Source: a virus (Duplodnaviria; Caudoviricetes). From it: DNA of 64,000 bases. Both the position numbers and the translations under genes were made by a program. The notes below the pieces were generated by a model that did not search any database, was not told the origin of the DNA, and worked only from the letters and a program-made list of their open reading frames with translations. Below are positions 60,883-64,000 of the stretch, one piece after another. The stretch is from IMG/VR virus record IMGVR_UViG_2706795240_000001, positions 1-64,000 of that record. The stretch is one strand, 5' to 3'. Position 1 is the stretch's first letter, and the number at the start of each line of letters is the position of its first letter.

Positions 60883-61623
60883 TTATCCTTCATCAATTAC
60901 GACATTGCTTTTCATGATCTGATGCATGGTTTTAAGCATGAGGTCATGTGATTCACAATCCTCTAGGCACTGCTCGCCCCAGCACATCTGAAATCCGCCG
61001 GGAACAACCAGATTCGCATAGGAGTCCTTCATTTCCGCGTACTCGGTGATCAGATGGTTGCCCTGGCTAATCCAGATATCGTGCCAAGCAGCATCAATGA
61101 ACGGCATCCTATAGGACTGGGACTTGAACCAGTCCCACGCGTCAGCATGGACGAAATTGAAGTCGATCCCCTTCTCTCGAAGAATATCTGCATAATATGC
61201 CCCAACCATTTTGAAGACCCAGAAATCATCCTCAATTACGGTAATCTGCTTGACGCATGGCGCTAGCCGGACTAACCCCTCAATCACCATTCCAAGGCCG
61301 AGTCCCGTGATGAGAATTCTTTCCGACCCCTCCGCGATGACCTTGTTGATGAAATACAGGTGATCAAAACGCTCAGCTAGCGTGTCACTCATCCATAGCT
61401 TATCGCTGATGAACAGTCCGGTGTACATTCCAGGCGGCGTGTAATCGCGAGCGCCGTTAGGGTTGACGCGCGCCCGAATCGGAATATCAGCCTCGGTGAG
61501 CTCGAACTTTTTGATTACAGTCTTTCCACCATCAGCGCTCTGTTCGGGGATATTCACCTTCATGGTGGAGAGCGCCTGAGCAATGTCATTAAGTATTGCT
61601 TCGGGTCCAGTCAGTGCAGCCAT
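60883..61623 (-). CDS. Class I SAM-dependent methyltransferase-fold protein
   Basis: RILITGLGLG (motif I), ITVIEDD (motif II acidic), VHADAW, DAAWHDIW. Spermidine-synthase-like pattern. Confidence 0.75.
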   Translation of the reverse strand: MAALTGPEAILNDIAQALSTMKVNIPEQSADGGKTVIKKFELTEADIPIRARVNPNGARDYTPPGMYTGLFISDKLWMSDTLAERFDHLYFINKVIAEGSERILITGLGLGMVIEGLVRLAPCVKQITVIEDDFWVFKMVGAYYADILREKGIDFNFVHADAWDWFKSQSYRMPFIDAAWHDIWISQGNHLITEYAEMKDSYANLVVPGGFQMCWGEQCLEDCESHDLMLKTMHQIMKSNVVIDEG

Positions 61624-61625
61624 GA

Positions 61626-61784
61626 TTAATTTTTAACAGCCTTTCGTGCCTGAATTCGTGCGTCACGCTGAGCGCGCAGTCGATCACGTTTTTCGTGATC
61701 AGCATCGATTTCGTTTAGGGTCTTAGGATTCTTGTGCTTGATCGCAGGACTTTCTAGACGATCAGTGTAGTTTCGACGGGACAT
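61626..61784 (-). CDS. Small basic protein (52 aa, not in ORF track)
   Basis: MSRRNYTDRLESPAIKHKNPKTLNEIDADHEKRDRLRAQRDARIQARKAVKN. Fills the gap before the methyltransferase. Confidence 0.55.
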   Translation of the reverse strand: MSRRNYTDRLESPAIKHKNPKTLNEIDADHEKRDRLRAQRDARIQARKAVKN

Positions 61785-62007
61785 AGCCACCATGTGCCTT
61801 CCAGATGTGATTTGAGAAATTGCCTACCGTTACGCGCTTGCCGCATTCCGAGCAAAACCAACCTGCTCGCCCGATCAGCACCAGCCGGGTAGAAATCTCT
61901 TGTTCGAGCGGAGTTCTGAATTCGATGTAATGAAATGGTCCGCATTCTTGAATGTCCCAGCCATTCTTTTTCGCGGACCTAAGCTGAGACTCAACCTTCA
62001 TCGCCAC
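61762..62007 (-). CDS. Small protein with C2H2-type zinc finger
   Basis: WFCSECGKRVTVGNFSNHIWKAH. Confidence 0.6.
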   Translation of the reverse strand: MAMKVESQLRSAKKNGWDIQECGPFHYIEFRTPLEQEISTRLVLIGRAGWFCSECGKRVTVGNFSNHIWKAHGGYVPSKLH

Positions 62008-62260
62008 CGGTATTCACCCGCCCCTTGTTGACAGGATGCTTAAGGTCGGCACCGTAAACAAGAAACACGGCATCCTGAATGGTGCTGATATCCGGCTTGT
62101 TGATCATCACCTTGTACAAGCCACCGCTCTCGGCAATATTCTTCTGAAACTTCGAGTCATACTTAGACGTGTCAATCTTTTCCATGACCCGCACCTCGAC
62201 AGTCTGCCGAAGTCGATCATGATAAGTTTCACGAATGTCATTTGCCTTGATGTTTTCCAT
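61991..62260 (-). CDS. Hypothetical protein
   Basis: 89 aa, TAATG-coupled to the VWA gene. Confidence 0.65.
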   Translation of the reverse strand: MENIKANDIRETYHDRLRQTVEVRVMEKIDTSKYDSKFQKNIAESGGLYKVMINKPDISTIQDAVFLVYGADLKHPVNKGRVNTGGDEG

Positions 62261-64000
62261 TATACAATCCTCTTCTCAATTTCATCGATTACAGTTTTAA
62301 GGTCAGCGCCGTTCTTGACTAGGATGGTATCGAGTCCAAATCTCTTGGGACTGTCAGTACGAACTCCTACGCCAAGAATTCCGATCCGATCTTTTCGGCA
62401 GATATCAATCTCACGATTAATGATATCCACCTCTTCGTCGCGATTCTGTTCTGGAATCTGACCATCTGTAAAGTAGATGATCAGCTTTTTCCTTCCCCTT
62501 CCCTCGTTCTGAATCACCTTGCGATAGAATTCGATGTTGTGTCCGTCTAGCGATCCGCCGCTACCCTTAAGTCGATTAAGCCTTTCCTGTGCTCGATCAT
62601 TCCATCCGGCGCGGAGAGACTTGACCTCAGTAATTTCCTGTGCGTAATACTTATTGTCGCCTTTTGCGGGTCGAGTAGTATGCCCGTAGATAGCAAAGTT
62701 CACGCCCACCTTATTCAGCAGCTCTGCCGTATAGAAAGCAATTTCGCGAATATCCCGGTTGACCGGCCCCGATCCGGTGGAACCGGAACAATCCAGACCG
62801 AGAATCACATCGAATTCGATACCTTCTGCGATATGCCGCTTCTGGAACAAGCGTTCGTCACCCATATTGAATTTGTACAGCGACCTACCGGCAACGCGTC
62901 CGGACTTTTGGTTCCGCTCATATTTATCTAGCTTTGAGTCACCAAAAACCTTGCGCGCTTTCGCGAGCGCGGAGGCGATAAAAGGTCGAGCATCCGACTT
63001 TGTGATCATGTCGCTGTCACGCATGTTATTTACGTGCCTAAAAGCATAGCTGCTATCGTCCTTAACAAGAATTAGCCCAGACACATCGATCGAATAGCTA
63101 TCGAAATTCATGATCTGATTCACGGCATCGTTCATTGCCTCGCCTAAATCGGCTTCCATGATTTTTTGCTCTGGTGTCTTTTTCTCGTCCCCGTGGTCAT
63201 GGCCCATGATCTTTTTCAGGGCCGCTAGCACCTCTTCACTTGTTGCGGGGGCACCCTGACTACCCTGATCGCTAGAACTGCCCTCAGAATCGCCGTCAGC
63301 GCCCTGTTCTTCGTCGTCGGTGCCGCCGTCGCACTGGTCCGACTCGTCGGCGTCGCTGCCGGAGCCAGAATCGCCGTCCTGGTTATTCTGCGCCTGCTCG
63401 CGCTCTTCGTCTGTGAATGGAAATGCCTTGCCGCCGGTAAGGTGACATGCTGCCATTCCAATTGCCATGGCATATAGCGGAGCTTCCGATAGCCCGTTTG
63501 GAATTTCTACCAGCCCCATAGCATCGATCTTGTTGACGATATCCGCCGCCTCTTCGCTGACTGCGCCCTTGAGTTCGATATCATTGACAAGAAACAGGAC
63601 GCCGAGAGCGATCTGACTTTCGAGCGGCGCGGTGTTCCAAAAGACTCGCGAACCGTCGTCAGTTTCGATGCCCTCGTTCGCAATTCTGACGGTCTGCCAA
63701 TGTCGCATTTCTCGGACGCCCGGCCTCTGCTGTGATGCGATTTCATCGATACGAATGTCCTCGGTCATCATGTCTAGCGTCTCGGTACCGGGATACATTT
63801 TCTTTGTGAAGTCTCCGGAAAACTCGAACCTAATGCGCTCAACATTGCGAATTCTTTTGATCAATTCATCTGAATGTCCCGCATCCAGCCCGTCGATCTT
63901 GCCAAGCAATTTCTTGATAAGACCGATATCTTTAGGCTGTATGAAAAGTGGCTCAAATGAGCCGTTCACACAATGAGAAATCTCATGGTAGAGGCCGAAA
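62260..64000 (-). CDS. VWA (CobT-like) domain protein, 5'-truncated by window edge
   Basis: MIDAS LDCSGS, GGSLDG, YFTDG; acidic linker; EDIRID motif. The frame stays open beyond track start 63969 to the window end, adding FGLYHEISHC (HExxH). Confidence 0.85.
   Translation of the reverse strand, partial: FGLYHEISHCVNGSFEPLFIQPKDIGLIKKLLGKIDGLDAGHSDELIKRIRNVERIRFEFSGDFTKKMYPGTETLDMMTEDIRIDEIASQQRPGVREMRHWQTVRIANEGIETDDGSRVFWNTAPLESQIALGVLFLVNDIELKGAVSEEAADIVNKIDAMGLVEIPNGLSEAPLYAMAIGMAACHLTGGKAFPFTDEEREQAQNNQDGDSGSGSDADESDQCDGGTDDEEQGADGDSEGSSSDQGSQGAPATSEEVLAALKKIMGHDHGDEKKTPEQKIMEADLGEAMNDAVNQIMNFDSYSIDVSGLILVKDDSSYAFRHVNNMRDSDMITKSDARPFIASALAKARKVFGDSKLDKYERNQKSGRVAGRSLYKFNMGDERLFQKRHIAEGIEFDVILGLDCSGSTGSGPVNRDIREIAFYTAELLNKVGVNFAIYGHTTRPAKGDNKYYAQEITEVKSLRAGWNDRAQERLNRLKGSGGSLDGHNIEFYRKVIQNEGRGRKKLIIYFTDGQIPEQNRDEEVDIINREIDICRKDRIGILGVGVRTDSPKRFGLDTILVKNGADLKTVIDEIEKRIV

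Noticed and set aside
4750-63400. Apparent ~11-12 kb periodicity of GC-rich patches
   Set aside because: Extra patches (~29.6, 32.3, 40.7 kb) break the spacing, and several are explained by Ala/Pro/Gly-rich coding. Not supportable by eye.

Overview
The whole window is about 64 kb of a tailed dsDNA actinobacteriophage with siphovirus-type tail genes, roughly 50-55% GC by eye. There are no host genes, rRNA, tRNA or CRISPR array. From memory the layout resembles the 73-78 kb Gordonia/Rhodococcus phages of the GTE7/GMA7/ReqiDocB7/GordTnk2 type; I have not verified this by search. The + strand arm (96-39348) carries an intein-containing terminase, a Mu-like head module (DUF935-type portal, I-type protease/scaffold), decoration and major capsid proteins, neck and tail genes, a frameshifted tail chaperone, a 3186-aa tape measure with two cell-wall hydrolase domains, minor tail proteins, a collagen-like fibre and a fragmented lysis cassette. 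A bidirectional terminator (39354-39392) separates it from the - strand arm (39394-64000). That arm carries MazG-like proteins, ThyX, a Cas4-like nuclease, WhiB, RusA, a beta-clamp, SLOG, oligoribonuclease, an SNF2 helicase, a lipoprotein, an SSB, a tyrosine recombinase, a methyltransferase and a VWA protein that runs off the window. Top leads: (1) two catalytic lysins end with the same 13-residue motif that begins a free-standing putative cell-wall-binding protein, suggesting a multi-subunit 'docking' endolysin; (2) a perfect C CCA AAA -1 slippery site would fuse an upstream ORF and a start-less Cys/His-rich frame onto WhiB; (3) a palindrome-dense promoter/operator region sits upstream of the SSB gene; (4) a lectin-like domain is fused to the head-tail adaptor. 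All domain assignments come from motif recognition by eye, not database searches.
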